Shown: positions 9,749-21,953, counted from the stretch's first letter. The stretch: DNA of 64,000 bases from Cyanobacteriota bacterium (GCA_046045965.1 JBJOKS010000012.1:74793-138792); one strand, 5' to 3'. Notes: a model not told the origin generated them from the letters alone. A program made the numbers and translations.

Positions 9749-12700
9749 TTACCCTAAATATTTCTCCAACATTTCTCGCACTTGTTCCACTCGAATAGGT
9801 TTAGTTAAAAAATCATTCATCCCCGCTTGTAAACAAGATTCTCTATCTTTATCTTCTTCATTGGCTGTCATGGCAATAATAACAGGACGTTGATCCGTTT
9901 GCCAATGTTCACAGATTTGGCGTGTTGCTTCTAAACCATCCATTTCTGGCATTTGCATATCCATTAATACTAAATTATAATATTTTTGGTCTAGTGCTGA
10001 TATAGCTTCTTGACCATTATTCACAACATCAGCAGAATATCCTAATGTTTGCAAAACACGCAAAGCCACTTTTTGATTTACTAGGTTATCTTCTGCTATG
10101 AGAATTTTCACTTCAGATGAAGTTTTAAGGGGGTTTTTAACTAAGGGTTGAGGCAGTTTTTTGGGAGGTTTAATTTCATTATCGTTGTAAATGTACTGCA
10201 ACTTTAAAAATTCAGCTAATTTATCAAAAATAATTTGTGGTTGCAATGGTTTACGTACCATATCATCACAGCCAGCAGCTTTAATTTCGGCTCTTTGTTC
10301 TTCAAATACACTGGCAGTTAAAGCAATAATAACTACTGGTTTGTTTTGTTCTTGGCTAAGTTTCCGAATGATTTTAGTAGCCTCATATCCGTCTAATTCT
10401 GGCATTCGCATATCCATCCAAATTAGTTGCGGTTGCCATTCTTGCCATAATGTTATTGCCTCTTTTCCATTTTTGGCTTCTCTCACTTCAAACCCAATAG
10501 GTTGAAGTAACTTAACTAACAACTGACGATTATTTTCTATGTCATCAGCAATCATAATTCTATAATGAGTTTGGTCGGGTGCTAAAGTAATAATTCTGCG
10601 TGTTGATAATGGTGAAGTAACTGCATTTGCCAAAACTGAACGGAAGCGAATTGTAAACTGAAATATACTACCCTTGCCTAAAGTGCTGTCAACGTGAATA
10701 TTACCTCCCATGAGTTGTACAAATTTACGAGTGATGACTAAACCTAAGCCTGTGCCTTGATTAGATTTACGCCCTGATTCAGTTTGCACAAAAGGACTAA
10801 AAAGATGATTTAATTCATCTGTTTCAATACCTGTTCCTGTGTCTATAACTGCAAATTTGAGAGTATTTTTTTCTTGAATTTCTACTTGAAGAGTGACGCT
10901 TCCTTGATGAGTAAATTTAATCGCGTTACTGAGCAGATTCAGGAGAATTTGTCTGAGTTTACCCTTGTCTGTGCGAATACAATGGGGTAAATTTGGGGCT
11001 AAATCAAAATTAAGTTTAATTCCTTTTTCTGTAGCTTTGAGTTGTAGCATTGATTGGAGTGATTCAATCAGTGTATAAAGATGAAAATTAGTTTTATTAA
11101 ATGTGATTTTCCCTGCTTCAATTTTTGACATTTCTAACACATCATTAATTAAAGACAGCAAGTGTTCACCACTGGCAATAACAATATCTAAATTCTCTTT
11201 ATGTTCAGCGTTGAGAGTCGGATCTCCCTGCATTAATTGAGTGAATCCTAAAATAGCATTTAAGGGTGTTCTTAATTCATGACTCATATTTGCTAAAAAT
11301 TCACTTTTGGCACGGTTGGCAGCTTCTGCGGCTTTTTTTGCCTGTGCTAGTTCTAATTCTGCCTGTTTACGTTCAGTAATATCCCGTACCATGACTAATA
11401 CTTCATTATCATTGAGGGGAGTAATGCGGGTTTCTTCATATTGAATTTTTCCCTCAATTTCTAGTTGCTGTTCGTAGGTTTGTACCTTACTTATTTTTAG
11501 TGCTTTTTCTACATAATACATTCGCTCTTCTGCTCTGTCGGTGGGCAGGATATCAAAGATATTTTTCCCGTATCGACTGCGATCAGGATGGATAGGTTGA
11601 AATTCGTTACCTACAAATATATTCAGGTAATTACCATTGCGATCTAATCGCAAAAGTAAATCGGGAATAGCTGCAATTAAAGCGCGGGTTGTAGCTTCAC
11701 TCTGACCCAAATCAGCTTCAATCTTTTTGCGTTCTGTAATATCTTTGGCAATAATTATGGCGCATTTTTGTCCATAAACTTCAATAACTTCTGCTGAACT
11801 TAATAGGGTTCTGATTTCTCCTGATTTAGTACGAAATTTTGCTTCGTAATTTTGAATAAAACCGTCAGTTTGCATTGCTTGAATATAGCGATCACGGTCT
11901 TGGGGATTAATCCAACAGTTTAATGCTAGAGAATTTCTACCTATTACCTCATCTCGACTATATCCGGAAACCTCTAAAAAACTTTGATTGACTTCTAAAT
12001 AGATTCCTTCTTTTAAAGTTGCGATCGCCATCGGATCAGGACTATTGCCAAACAGTGTGGTAAATTTGGCTTCTGATTCCTGTAAAGCAACTGCTAAACT
12101 AGCAAATGCTTGACGCAGTTGCTCAGACATTAGATTAAATGATTTAGCCAACTTTGATAATTCTTGAATTGGCAAATTTTCGGGGATTTTTTGATGAGGA
12201 TCACCTGTTGCTATTGCTTCACTCATAATCATCAAACGTCGCAGAGGTTTAGTAATCCAACTTGATATCATTGTTCCTAGTGCGATCGCTCCCAATAATG
12301 CTCCCACACATAATATAATTGTTGTGCGGCGATTAGCATTAATTTCCGCCATAAAATCATTTTCTGGGACAACCGTTATCACCAACCAATCCAAACCATA
12401 CTCATCTTGATAAGGTTGAACTCTGACAAATTCCCGGTTTCCTTTTTCTGAAAAAATTAATTTTTCTGTGGCTTCAATTTCTTTAAATTTACCAAATTTA
12501 TGCTGGATTTCTTTGGCAGTTTTTTGTGTTAATTGATTTTTACTATCTGCACTTGCTAGGCGAATAAACTGGTTATCAATATTAGTATATGGCTTTTCTA
12601 AAGTCGAACTTGCTACTAAATCACCAGACTTTTCAATAATAAAAATTTGTCCATGTGGAGAGGGTTTTAAATAATCTAAAAAATTGCTAATATTATCCAA

Positions 12701-13372
12701 TGTTAAGTGAATAGATATTATGGCTTTTAGCTTTTCTTCCCCCTCATATATAGGTGTGCTGATAGCAATGGCGGCTGCTGGATAATTAGCCCAAGGATAA
12801 ATAGAAGTCCAAACTGACTTTTTGGCCATTTTACCTGCTTGATACCAAGGACGTTGGCGAGTATCAAAATGTCTGACTAAAAATATTTCACGGGAGTTGC
12901 CTTGATTGTCTACTTCATAAGCAATATTTTTGTTACCATCAACACCATTCTGCTTGATTAACAAATACCGACCAAGCTGTCTTGCATAACCTATAGAATT
13001 GCCTTGTTCATCACCGTAAATAATTAAACTCACAGAATCGAAAAGTTTGATTTGTTCCCAAAAATTATATTTGACTTCGTTCAATTTCTTAATATTTAAT
13101 TGGTTTAATTTAACTGCATTCAAATTTAGTTTATTAATGAGATGAGGTGTGCTTAAATATTCGTTAAGGCGCAAGTTAACTTGATTATTAGTACCTTCTA
13201 TGACCTGATCTACTAGATTTTCGACTGCTTTTTGTCCACTGATAAAGGATAGATACCCAGTTATACTCACTGCTACCACAATCAGCAGCACAAAAGAAAC
13301 TACCAATAGCAGCTGCAATGGTATATTTTGCGAACGACGAGTAAACTGAGTCAAGTTGTAGATTAAGCGCAT
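9749..13372 (-). CDS. Hybrid sensor histidine kinase (dCache-HAMP-2xPAS-HisKA-HATPase-2xREC)
   Basis: RQRPWY Cache motif; FLANMSHELRTPLN; NLLSNAIKFT; DTGTGI; GTGLGL; two MD..MP..DG receivers. Confidence 0.93.
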   Translation of the reverse strand: MRLIYNLTQFTRRSQNIPLQLLLVVSFVLLIVVAVSITGYLSFISGQKAVENLVDQVIEGTNNQVNLRLNEYLSTPHLINKLNLNAVKLNQLNIKKLNEVKYNFWEQIKLFDSVSLIIYGDEQGNSIGYARQLGRYLLIKQNGVDGNKNIAYEVDNQGNSREIFLVRHFDTRQRPWYQAGKMAKKSVWTSIYPWANYPAAAIAISTPIYEGEEKLKAIISIHLTLDNISNFLDYLKPSPHGQIFIIEKSGDLVASSTLEKPYTNIDNQFIRLASADSKNQLTQKTAKEIQHKFGKFKEIEATEKLIFSEKGNREFVRVQPYQDEYGLDWLVITVVPENDFMAEINANRRTTIILCVGALLGAIALGTMISSWITKPLRRLMIMSEAIATGDPHQKIPENLPIQELSKLAKSFNLMSEQLRQAFASLAVALQESEAKFTTLFGNSPDPMAIATLKEGIYLEVNQSFLEVSGYSRDEVIGRNSLALNCWINPQDRDRYIQAMQTDGFIQNYEAKFRTKSGEIRTLLSSAEVIEVYGQKCAIIIAKDITERKKIEADLGQSEATTRALIAAIPDLLLRLDRNGNYLNIFVGNEFQPIHPDRSRYGKNIFDILPTDRAEERMYYVEKALKISKVQTYEQQLEIEGKIQYEETRITPLNDNEVLVMVRDITERKQAELELAQAKKAAEAANRAKSEFLANMSHELRTPLNAILGFTQLMQGDPTLNAEHKENLDIVIASGEHLLSLINDVLEMSKIEAGKITFNKTNFHLYTLIESLQSMLQLKATEKGIKLNFDLAPNLPHCIRTDKGKLRQILLNLLSNAIKFTHQGSVTLQVEIQEKNTLKFAVIDTGTGIETDELNHLFSPFVQTESGRKSNQGTGLGLVITRKFVQLMGGNIHVDSTLGKGSIFQFTIRFRSVLANAVTSPLSTRRIITLAPDQTHYRIMIADDIENNRQLLVKLLQPIGFEVREAKNGKEAITLWQEWQPQLIWMDMRMPELDGYEATKIIRKLSQEQNKPVVIIALTASVFEEQRAEIKAAGCDDMVRKPLQPQIIFDKLAEFLKLQYIYNDNEIKPPKKLPQPLVKNPLKTSSEVKILIAEDNLVNQKVALRVLQTLGYSADVVNNGQEAISALDQKYYNLVLMDMQMPEMDGLEATRQICEHWQTDQRPVIIAMTANEEDKDRESCLQAGMNDFLTKPIRVEQVREMLEKYLG

Positions 13373-13603
13373 TTGAGTAGGTAATAAGTATTACCAAAAA
13401 TCACATGATCAGACACAGCAGAATATGGCTCACGCCACGCTATCAGGAGTTAGGAGTCAAACCATCAACCTAAATAAAAATGTTCGTAGCAAGGAATCAA
13501 ATCCTCACTACCAACTCTATTTGTATTAAAAATTCACAACTCCATATTAATTGATCAACAACACGAAGTTACCAAAAATCCTGTTTAATTTCCTTCCTTT
13601 AGA

Positions 13604-15619
13604 TCAATTTACAGTAATAATCACACCCACACTCTCATTACCCAACCTATCCACCGCAGACACCGCATAGCTTCCTGGTTGTACAGTTGCAAAGGTAGTA
13701 CCAGCAGACAAAATTCTCTGAATGATCCAATTATCTCCACTTTGACGGTAAAGAGTCCAAGAACGTACAGGTTGATTATCACCAGTTTGCCAATTTAATC
13801 TCCCATCTTGAAATTTAAGTTCTTTGGGAGGAGATGGAGGTGTTATACTTCGCCATGACATAGTAGGAACTATGGCCGGACGGGAATAATAAACTTGTTG
13901 AAATTGATCAGCAATACCTTGGCGGTTGTCTTTGATGGAACTCATACTAAAAAAGATATTCCCCAAAGAAAAGTTTGTGGCTAAGTTGCGAGAAATTTGA
14001 ATCTGTTTTTCAATTTCTGAATTTTTCCAAACTTTACCATCCAGTTGAGAAATATTGTTCCCTGTGTAAATATGTCGTTGTTTAGTATTAGTTTGAGTCC
14101 ACCATTTCAGCAGAACTTCATAACTCTGTTGTGTTTGGTCTGTACGCCAATAAAGTTGAGGGGCTAAATAATCTATCCAACCTTCTTGTAACCATTTTCT
14201 AGAGTCAGCATACAGGGCATTATAGGGATCTAAACCAACAATACCTGGTGGTTGTCCAGGTCGATAAATACCAAAAGGACTAATGCCAAATTTTACATGG
14301 GATTTGGTTTTTTTAATGCCCTCAGATAAACGGAATACCATTTGATTAACGTTTTCTCTTCGCCAGTCTTCTAAGCTCAATTTACCGCCATTGGCTTTAT
14401 AAGCGGCGTAGGTTTTATTATCAGGAAAAGATTGACCAGATATAGGATAGGGGTAAAAATAATCATCTAGATGAATACCATCTACATCGTAACGGTTGAG
14501 AACATCAATAATCACATTGTAAGCTCGATCTTGAACAATTTTTGCACCAGGGTCCATCCATAATTGATTACCCCATTGATAGACAACTTCGGGATTAGTG
14601 ATAGCTATATGGGGACGGACATTAGCACCACTTTTGGTAGTAGTTTTGGCACGATATGGGTTAAACCAAGCATGAACTTCAATATTGCGTTTATGACATT
14701 CAGCGATCGCAAATTCTAAAGGATCATAAAATGGTTCTGGTGCTTTTCCCTGGGTTCCCGTAATCCAAGCACTCCAAGGTTCTAACGCCGAAGCATATAA
14801 AGCATCACCTTCTGGCCGCACCTGTAAAATCAAAGCATTAAAATTTAAAGACTGTAATTGTTTAATAATTTCCAGTAGTTCCGTTTTCTGTTGTTCAACA
14901 CTCAACCCCGCTTTAGAAGGCCAATCACTATTCCACACAGTCGTCACCCAAGCACCTCGAAACTCGCGGTTATGACTTACCCGCACAGTCTTGGGTTCAG
15001 TTCCAGATGATGGCGGTACGACAATATATTCAGAAGCAATTTTTTCTGCCTTTCCCAAATATACCAAAGCTTGATATACCATCACAGCCACCTCAGCACG
15101 AGTAGCAGCCATTCTGGGGTTGAGTAATTTAATATTCGGATAACTAGCCACCCAACCAACACCAGTGGCGATCGCCGCCTGATTTATCCCATAATTAGGA
15201 ATTGCAGCTGCATCCTGATAGATTTGCGGTAATTTACTTAATAGGTCAGGCTGGACTTGACCAGCAATTCCCAAACCATTCACCATCGCAACTAAAACAT
15301 CACCCCTGGAAATACTATCATTAGGGCGAAAAGTCCGATCAGGGTAGCCAACCAGAAATCCAGTTTCGTAAACCTTTTTAACTGCACTATTAGCCCAGAA
15401 CGTAATAGGAACATCCGCAAAAGGTACGTATTCCCGTTTTTTAGTCACCGTAAATACAGCACCGATAATAGCCGCAAATTCCGCACGAGTAACAGGAAAA
15501 TCAGGGCGAAAAGTCCCATCCCGATAGCCATTCAATATCCGACGCTGGGCTAAAGCCTGAATAAATAAACGCGCCCAATGATTTTGAATATCAGGAAATG
15601 ATGTAGAAGTAGATACCAT
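13604..15619 (-). CDS. SLH-domain glycoside hydrolase (GHL10/DUF187, YddW-like)
   Basis: Three SLH repeats (GTFRPD..TRAE); EFRGAWV, HAWFNPYR and DGIHLDDYFYPY. Confidence 0.9.
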   Translation of the reverse strand: MVSTSTSFPDIQNHWARLFIQALAQRRILNGYRDGTFRPDFPVTRAEFAAIIGAVFTVTKKREYVPFADVPITFWANSAVKKVYETGFLVGYPDRTFRPNDSISRGDVLVAMVNGLGIAGQVQPDLLSKLPQIYQDAAAIPNYGINQAAIATGVGWVASYPNIKLLNPRMAATRAEVAVMVYQALVYLGKAEKIASEYIVVPPSSGTEPKTVRVSHNREFRGAWVTTVWNSDWPSKAGLSVEQQKTELLEIIKQLQSLNFNALILQVRPEGDALYASALEPWSAWITGTQGKAPEPFYDPLEFAIAECHKRNIEVHAWFNPYRAKTTTKSGANVRPHIAITNPEVVYQWGNQLWMDPGAKIVQDRAYNVIIDVLNRYDVDGIHLDDYFYPYPISGQSFPDNKTYAAYKANGGKLSLEDWRRENVNQMVFRLSEGIKKTKSHVKFGISPFGIYRPGQPPGIVGLDPYNALYADSRKWLQEGWIDYLAPQLYWRTDQTQQSYEVLLKWWTQTNTKQRHIYTGNNISQLDGKVWKNSEIEKQIQISRNLATNFSLGNIFFSMSSIKDNRQGIADQFQQVYYSRPAIVPTMSWRSITPPSPPKELKFQDGRLNWQTGDNQPVRSWTLYRQSGDNWIIQRILSAGTTFATVQPGSYAVSAVDRLGNESVGVIITVN

Positions 15620-15690
15620 TGTTGATTGTTATATCAAGTACATTTAAATAGTTATCATATCTGTGAGAGCAGGGAATAGGGAATAGGGAA

Positions 15691-16043
15691 TATAGCGATC
15701 CTAAATAAGATGTGAACACCTCTTTTTTGTCTGCCTCTGCGCTCTCTGCGTCTGGAGCGGTATGGCTAACGCCACGCTCCGCGAACGTTAAAAAAAATAC
15801 CGTGATGCCTCCGGCACACTAAGTGAACTCATATCTTGCACCAGGCGACCGTAAGTCTGTAAGTCACAACTACACAAACAAAACCCACCTGCGTGGGTTT
15901 CAAACCCTTGATTTTCCGTGAGTCCATGCAGACGGACTTAGTTTGTATAGCGGTGTATCCCTAACGGGATCTGGAGGCATCTTTCTAATCACCTAGTCTT
16001 GGTGCAAGATGTGTGTGAACACAACTCAAATAGGATTGCTATA
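15691..16043. mobile_element. Nested MITE-like elements
   Basis: Outer IR tatagcgatccta/taggattgctata; inner IR ctcatatcttgcacca (15828)/tggtgcaagatgtgtg (~16016). Confidence 0.7.
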
Positions 16044-16114
16044 GAGAGCAGTCAGGGGAAGCAGGGGAGAAAAGGGAAAATATTTCCCCAATTCCCAATT
16101 CCCTTATTTACGAA

Positions 16115-17074
16115 TTACGAATTAGCACACTCAAATAAATGCAACCCCAACCTTTGCGATAGTTCCTCACACACCTTCACCCCCCGCACACTATTACCTC
16201 GCACATCTAGCAGAGGTGAAAACACACCAATTCCCATCTGTCCGGGAACAACTGCAATAATTCCCCCACAAACGCCGCTTTTCGCCGGAATTCCCACTTT
16301 ATAAGCCCATTCACCCGCAAAGTTATACATCCCACAGGTGTACATCACACTTAATATATCTTTGATATAACAACTATCTACCGCTTTCTCTTTGGTAATT
16401 GGGTTAACTCCTTTATTAGCGAGAGTGGCAGCCATAATTGCCAAATCTCGACAATTTACCATCACAGAACATTGTTGAAAATATAAATCTAGTGCTTCTT
16501 CAATATTTTGGTCAATCATGCCAAAATTTAGCATCAAATGGGCAGTAGCGCGGTTACGGTGTCCCGTGCTGCGTTCGGAAGTAAATACCGAAATATCCAC
16601 AAACACATCCCGACCAATATAGCGCCGATACATTGCTAATAAGCGATTGAGCCGTTCTGTTGCCCCATTACCTTTAATTAAACTAGTAGTAGCTATAGCC
16701 CCAGCATTTACCATTGGGTTATAGGGTCGCTTAGATTGTTCATCAAGGATAATGGCGTTAAATGCCTCCCCAGTCGGTTCTACCCCCACCCTAGTTAACA
16801 CATAATCCCGTCCATGATCCTCTAAAGCTTGTCCATAGACAAACACCTTAGAAATTGATTGGATAGTAAATAGCTGTTGAAAATCACCGACTTCATAAAT
16901 CTGACCATCTATAGTAGCAATACAGATGCTAAACAAGTTGGGGTTTACTTTTGCCAGTTCGGGAATATAGTTTGCTACTGTACCCTCTTGCAGAGATTTG
17001 TACTGGGAATGCAAATCTTTGAGAACTTCCGAAAATGCTGATGAACCTATTTCTTGATCTTGTAAGTTTGCCAT
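16115..17074 (-). CDS. glsA: Glutaminase A
   Basis: [25 protein letters not shown] and PAKSGVCGG. Confidence 0.97.
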   Translation of the reverse strand: MANLQDQEIGSSAFSEVLKDLHSQYKSLQEGTVANYIPELAKVNPNLFSICIATIDGQIYEVGDFQQLFTIQSISKVFVYGQALEDHGRDYVLTRVGVEPTGEAFNAIILDEQSKRPYNPMVNAGAIATTSLIKGNGATERLNRLLAMYRRYIGRDVFVDISVFTSERSTGHRNRATAHLMLNFGMIDQNIEEALDLYFQQCSVMVNCRDLAIMAATLANKGVNPITKEKAVDSCYIKDILSVMYTCGMYNFAGEWAYKVGIPAKSGVCGGIIAVVPGQMGIGVFSPLLDVRGNSVRGVKVCEELSQRLGLHLFECANS

Positions 17075-17878
17075 AGGGCTGATAACTTGCTAATAACTAT
17101 TATATGTGATGGATCAGTCCTGTCCAGTCGTATAAATGTATTTTTTTTGACATTCAAAACTCAACTTTACAAGCTGACAACTCTTTTTTATTTTCCCATC
17201 ATTGCTTTTTTTTTGATTTCCAAAATGGATAATGCCATTATTGCCAGTTTTACAATCGTAAAATTACGTAAATTAATAATTTTTACTATACTAAAATTTT
17301 TGGAATTTACTAGAATTATTTTGATGATGATTTACTAAATTTTTCCTGGGAATTAAAAAAATCTCATCATCGGTTTTTTCTTAAAAATCCTTTATTTTAT
17401 GCTTAAAAAGGAAATTATATCAAAATATTAATCAAAAAAATTTACGTGTAAATCTATAGAATTTGAATTGTCATCTGTAATTTTTTACCAAAAATCAAAT
17501 TTGTTTTGAGTTAAATATATTACTTTATGTGAAATATTGTCTATCTATCAATCAAGGTATTAGCATACTCATTTAACATCAGCCTAATATTTTGTTTTCA
17601 TAAAAAATTATTCAGATCCCGAAAAAAAATGTTACATATCCCAAAACCTGACTTGCAAAAGGTTTTGACCGAGAAAATCGAATGTGTTGAGGGAGAACCT
17701 GAGCAAGACTTACGCTAAAACCCTGATCCCCAAGCCTAAAAGTTCATGTTACTCTGTTGCAGTTATAAACAAAAAGTGAAAGCGGAACGAGTTCGAGTTT
17801 CAGGGTCTATCACCATCACAAGTGAAAAACCCACAGATTAAAAAACTTAAGTTCTACAGTCGCTTTAAAATCGGACGC

Positions 17879-18988
17879 ATGAATCAAAGACATTTGTGGA
17901 CTACTGTCGCTGTGTTTCTGTCTGTTTTGAGTCTACCCGCAGTGGGTCATGCTCAAACCACCAAGGGAAACACTCCAACTTCCCAAACATCTGCTCTAGC
18001 TGATGTAGTGAAAGTGGGAGAGTATCAATCCCCGACACAGGAAACCTCCTTGGATGCTGTGAACACACAAATTCATCCTCACAGCATTGAAGGCCGTCAA
18101 GCGGCAACTCTTTACATCCGAAATATTCCCGTTCTTACCTTTTTGGGTTCTGCCCCAGTCAAGAGTGCAGAAACAAAAGTGGGAACAATTGGAAATAGTG
18201 AGGGTGTTAAATCATCTACCCTGGCAGCTAGTAACTCAGCCAAGGTAGCCAGTGTAGGAAGTGGGATAGATGTGAGCAAATCTCCTAGCTCCATTATTGC
18301 CGATGACCCAGTACAGAGAGCCGGCTTATTAGCCTCGAAAATCAATCAGCTAATTCGGGAAAATGCAGACGCAAGCCAAATTACCGTCAGCTGGAAAACA
18401 GGGGAAAAATCTCCAGTCAATCATAATAAAGCCCAAGACAAAGGCTCCTCTGTTCAACAACAGCTAGATCGCTACACCATCAAAATCAACGGTAAAGAAT
18501 TGGTGGAAATCAATGCAGCCACCCAACTAGCAGATAGTACCAGAAATCCAGCACAAGATGCTTTACAAGCAACCAATCGCCTGCGGAGACTCATAGGTAA
18601 CGCATCTCCAATTAGCGAAATTGCCAACTTACCAGCAAATACAACCATCTCCATGCCCAAGTTACCTCAACAGGTTGCTATTGGTGGCATCAAACTCAAC
18701 TTCAAAGGCATAGCTTCCTGGTATGGTTATGATTGGGCGGGCAGGAAAACTGCCAATGGAGAGAGATATAATCCCGAAGGAATGACAGCAGCACACCGCA
18801 GTTTACCGATGGGAACAAAAGTTCGTGTGACTAACACCCGGAATGGCCAGTCTGTGGTTGTGCGAATTAATGACCGTGGTCCCTACATCGGTGGTCGAAT
18901 TATTGACCTTTCTCTGGGTGCAGCCCGGATGTTAGGAATGATCAACAGTGGAGTTGCTCCAGTGCGTATTGATGTGCTGGGAAGATAA
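17879..18988 (+). CDS. rlpA: Septal ring lytic transglycosylase RlpA family (probable start ATG 17879)
   Basis: Signal peptide; C-terminal DPBB with [21 protein letters not shown] and IIDLS. Confidence 0.92.
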   Translation: MNQRHLWTTVAVFLSVLSLPAVGHAQTTKGNTPTSQTSALADVVKVGEYQSPTQETSLDAVNTQIHPHSIEGRQAATLYIRNIPVLTFLGSAPVKSAETKVGTIGNSEGVKSSTLAASNSAKVASVGSGIDVSKSPSSIIADDPVQRAGLLASKINQLIRENADASQITVSWKTGEKSPVNHNKAQDKGSSVQQQLDRYTIKINGKELVEINAATQLADSTRNPAQDALQATNRLRRLIGNASPISEIANLPANTTISMPKLPQQVAIGGIKLNFKGIASWYGYDWAGRKTANGERYNPEGMTAAHRSLPMGTKVRVTNTRNGQSVVVRINDRGPYIGGRIIDLSLGAARMLGMINSGVAPVRIDVLGR

Positions 18989-19113
18989 CGCGCTTTTTCG
19001 GACAAACTCATTTTCGCTCTTCACTATTGTTGTTTCCCCTGGTTCATTTATCCCTAACCCCAATTTTCGATAAACTAACGGGGGAGAGGATAGAGAAGAA
19101 CTAGGGGTATTTT

Positions 19114-20733
19114 GTGCGCTTGTTGACAACCGTTGCCGCTTTACGCTGTTATTTAAATCAACGTCGCCGGGAAAGCAATGTTAAGCTTTCAGATGAACTA
19201 TTATTTGATGATCAGACTACTTGGTATCCGACAGCAGTTGGTTTAGTACCAACTATGGGTGGGCTGCATCAAGGTCATCTGAGCCTGATTGAAAATGCTA
19301 GACAAGAAAATTCTACAGTGATTGTGAGTATTTTTGTCAATCCCTTGCAATTTGGACCCAATGAGGATTATCAACGCTATCCCCGGACTATAGACCAAGA
19401 CCAAGAATTGTGTGAACAAGCTGGAGTAGACGCAATTTTTGCTCCGACTCCGGAAGAAATGGGAATTCCTCAGAAGAATATACAAGAAACTCAAGTGACA
19501 CAAGTAATCCCTCCATCTGGTATGATAAGTAGCTTGTGTGGTAGATATCGGCCGGGTCATTTTCAAGGTGTGGCGACGATTGTCACCAAGCTTTTCAATT
19601 TGGTACAGCCTGACCGAGCCTACTTTGGTCAAAAAGATGGTCAGCAACTGGCAATTATTAAACGTCTGGTGGCTGATTTAAATTTGCCAGTGGAAATTGT
19701 TGCTTGTCCAACGGTACGGGAAGCGTCTGGCTTGGCTTTGAGTTCTCGTAATCAATATTTGACTGCAACAGAAAAAGAGCAGGCAACAGTGTTATATAAA
19801 GGCTTGCAGCAAGCTGAGGCGGCGTTTCGTGCTGGCGTTCGCAACAGTAGTCAGCTGATAGCATTGGTGTGGGACCAAATAGCAAAGGTCAGCACTATCT
19901 ATGTGGAATATATTGAATTGGTTGAACCGACTACATTGATGTTTTTAGCAAAAGTTGAGGAGGAAGGAATGCTGGCGATCGCAGCCCGTCTTGGTTCTAC
20001 ACGTCTGATTGATAATACTATCTTGCGCGATGTCTACAACGGGCTACGCCAACCTATTATCGCTATTGATGGTCCGGCTGGTGCTGGTAAGTCTACTGTG
20101 GCTCGTCAAGTGGCAACCCAGTTAGGTTTGGTGTATTTAGATACGGGTGCTATGTACCGGGCTATTACTTGGCTAGTGCTGCAAACAGGTATTGCTATTG
20201 ATGATGAATGTGCGATCGCTGAATTAGCAAGCCAGTGTAATATTGAACTTACTCCCAGTCAAAATCTGGACACTCCCGTGCGAGTATGGATTAATGGTCA
20301 TGATGTCACTCCAGAAATTCGCACCATTGAGGTAACATCACAAGTATCAGCGATCGCTGCTCAAAGTGCAGTCCGCAAAGCCCTAGTCACACAACAGCAA
20401 GGTTGGGGTAAACGGGGTGGTTTGGTAGCTGAAGGCCGGGACATCGGTACTCATGTTTTCCCTGATGCAGAAGTGAAAATCTTTTTAACTGCTTCTGTTG
20501 GTGAACGCGCACGTCGTCGTCAGCAAGATTTTACCAAACAAGGACAACCCGAAGTAAGTTTAGAACAACTGGAACGGGATATAGCCGAACGTGATCACAA
20601 AGATAGCACTCGCAAAATTTCCCCCTTGCGAAAAGCCGCAGATGCAGTGGAAGTTCAAACTGATGGACTTACCCCGTCGGAAGTAGCAACGCAAATTGTT
20701 AATTATTACCAAGATCGTTTGTCTCATCGGTAA
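19114..20733 (+). CDS. panC/cmk: Bifunctional pantoate--beta-alanine ligase / cytidylate kinase
   Basis: PTMGGLHQGH, FGQKDGQQ and SSRN, then IAIDGPAGAGKST and EGRDIG. Confidence 0.97.
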   Translation: MRLLTTVAALRCYLNQRRRESNVKLSDELLFDDQTTWYPTAVGLVPTMGGLHQGHLSLIENARQENSTVIVSIFVNPLQFGPNEDYQRYPRTIDQDQELCEQAGVDAIFAPTPEEMGIPQKNIQETQVTQVIPPSGMISSLCGRYRPGHFQGVATIVTKLFNLVQPDRAYFGQKDGQQLAIIKRLVADLNLPVEIVACPTVREASGLALSSRNQYLTATEKEQATVLYKGLQQAEAAFRAGVRNSSQLIALVWDQIAKVSTIYVEYIELVEPTTLMFLAKVEEEGMLAIAARLGSTRLIDNTILRDVYNGLRQPIIAIDGPAGAGKSTVARQVATQLGLVYLDTGAMYRAITWLVLQTGIAIDDECAIAELASQCNIELTPSQNLDTPVRVWINGHDVTPEIRTIEVTSQVSAIAAQSAVRKALVTQQQGWGKRGGLVAEGRDIGTHVFPDAEVKIFLTASVGERARRRQQDFTKQGQPEVSLEQLERDIAERDHKDSTRKISPLRKAADAVEVQTDGLTPSEVATQIVNYYQDRLSHR

Positions 20734-21353
20734 GAATTCAGGAGTTAGGAGTCAATATTCCCAAAACTCAACCTGCAATCAAATTTATTGCATAAAGTAG
20801 GGGTTTAGCAATGCTAAACCCTCCCCCAAATTCCGGGAAATTGTCAACTGAAAATATGGCAAAAATTGGGAACACAAATTAAATAGCAGTGTTATATCTT
20901 CAATCGCCAATCAGAAAGTATTGTATTCAACATTGTAAAGCCTTTAAATCATAATTCATCTCACCAAAGATAGATTTAAAATATTTCCCTTGTTATATCT
21001 CAAAACTATAAGTCGAGTTTCTTGTTGTGCGACTAACTTCTGAATTCTTAGCTGTGCATTATACTTGATCTGTGCATATTTGGAAATCTGAATTTGAGGA
21101 TCATCTTCCGCAAACGGCTAATTAACTCGGCAGATGAACCATTAGCAATTTTTATTTATAACCATAAATATCTCCAAATAGGACTTATTCCCAAAGTTCT
21201 GTGGTTTAACTTTCACTTTGGTAGTAAAATAACCATGTTAAGTTTTATGTCCCCAAATCAAGGATATAAAACTGAATCAATACAAAACCTGTAATTTTCT
21301 GGGTTTCGGCAATAGCTGGGAACTGGAAAACAGTAAAGAGAGGATTTAAAAAC

Positions 21354-21953
21354 ATGGCATTTTCACAGCTTCCCTTACCCTACGACTTTAATGCTTTAGA
21401 GCAATTTGGCATGAAAGGAGAAACCTTTGAGTATCACTATGGTAAGCATCACAAAGCTTATGTAGATAACCTCAACAAGCTCACCGATGGTACAGAACTT
21501 GCTGATAAGTCCCTCGAAGAAGTAATCCAAATTTCCTTTAAAGACTCCTCTAAAGTTGGTATCTTCAACAACGCAGCTCAAGTTTGGAACCACACCTTCT
21601 TTTGGAACTCTTTGAAGCCCGCTGGTGGTGGCGCACCCACAGGTGAACTAGCTGCTAAGATTGATAAAGACTTTGGTAGCTTTGACAAATTCAAAGAAGA
21701 ATTTTCTACTGCGGCTGCAACCCAGTTTGGTAGCGGTTGGGCTTGGTTAATTGATGATGGTGGTACACTCAAAGTCATCAAAACACCAAACGCAGAAAAC
21801 CCCCTAGCGCATGGTAAAAAGGCACTTCTCACCCTAGACGTTTGGGAACACGCCTACTACATCGACTACAGAAATGCTCGTCCAGCATTCATCAAGAATT
21901 TCTTGGATAACCTAGCTAACTGGGATTTTGCTGCGGCAAATCTAGCTGCTTAA
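21354..21953 (+). CDS. sodB: Fe superoxide dismutase
   Basis: HYGKHH, FNNAAQVWNH (Fe-type) and DVWEHAYY. Confidence 0.97.
   Translation: MAFSQLPLPYDFNALEQFGMKGETFEYHYGKHHKAYVDNLNKLTDGTELADKSLEEVIQISFKDSSKVGIFNNAAQVWNHTFFWNSLKPAGGGAPTGELAAKIDKDFGSFDKFKEEFSTAAATQFGSGWAWLIDDGGTLKVIKTPNAENPLAHGKKALLTLDVWEHAYYIDYRNARPAFIKNFLDNLANWDFAAANLAA

Noticed and set aside
17087..17338. 83-aa ORF in the AT-rich glsA-rlpA spacer
   Set aside because: Low-complexity I/F/L/K composition, non-ATG start, overlaps the presumed promoter region
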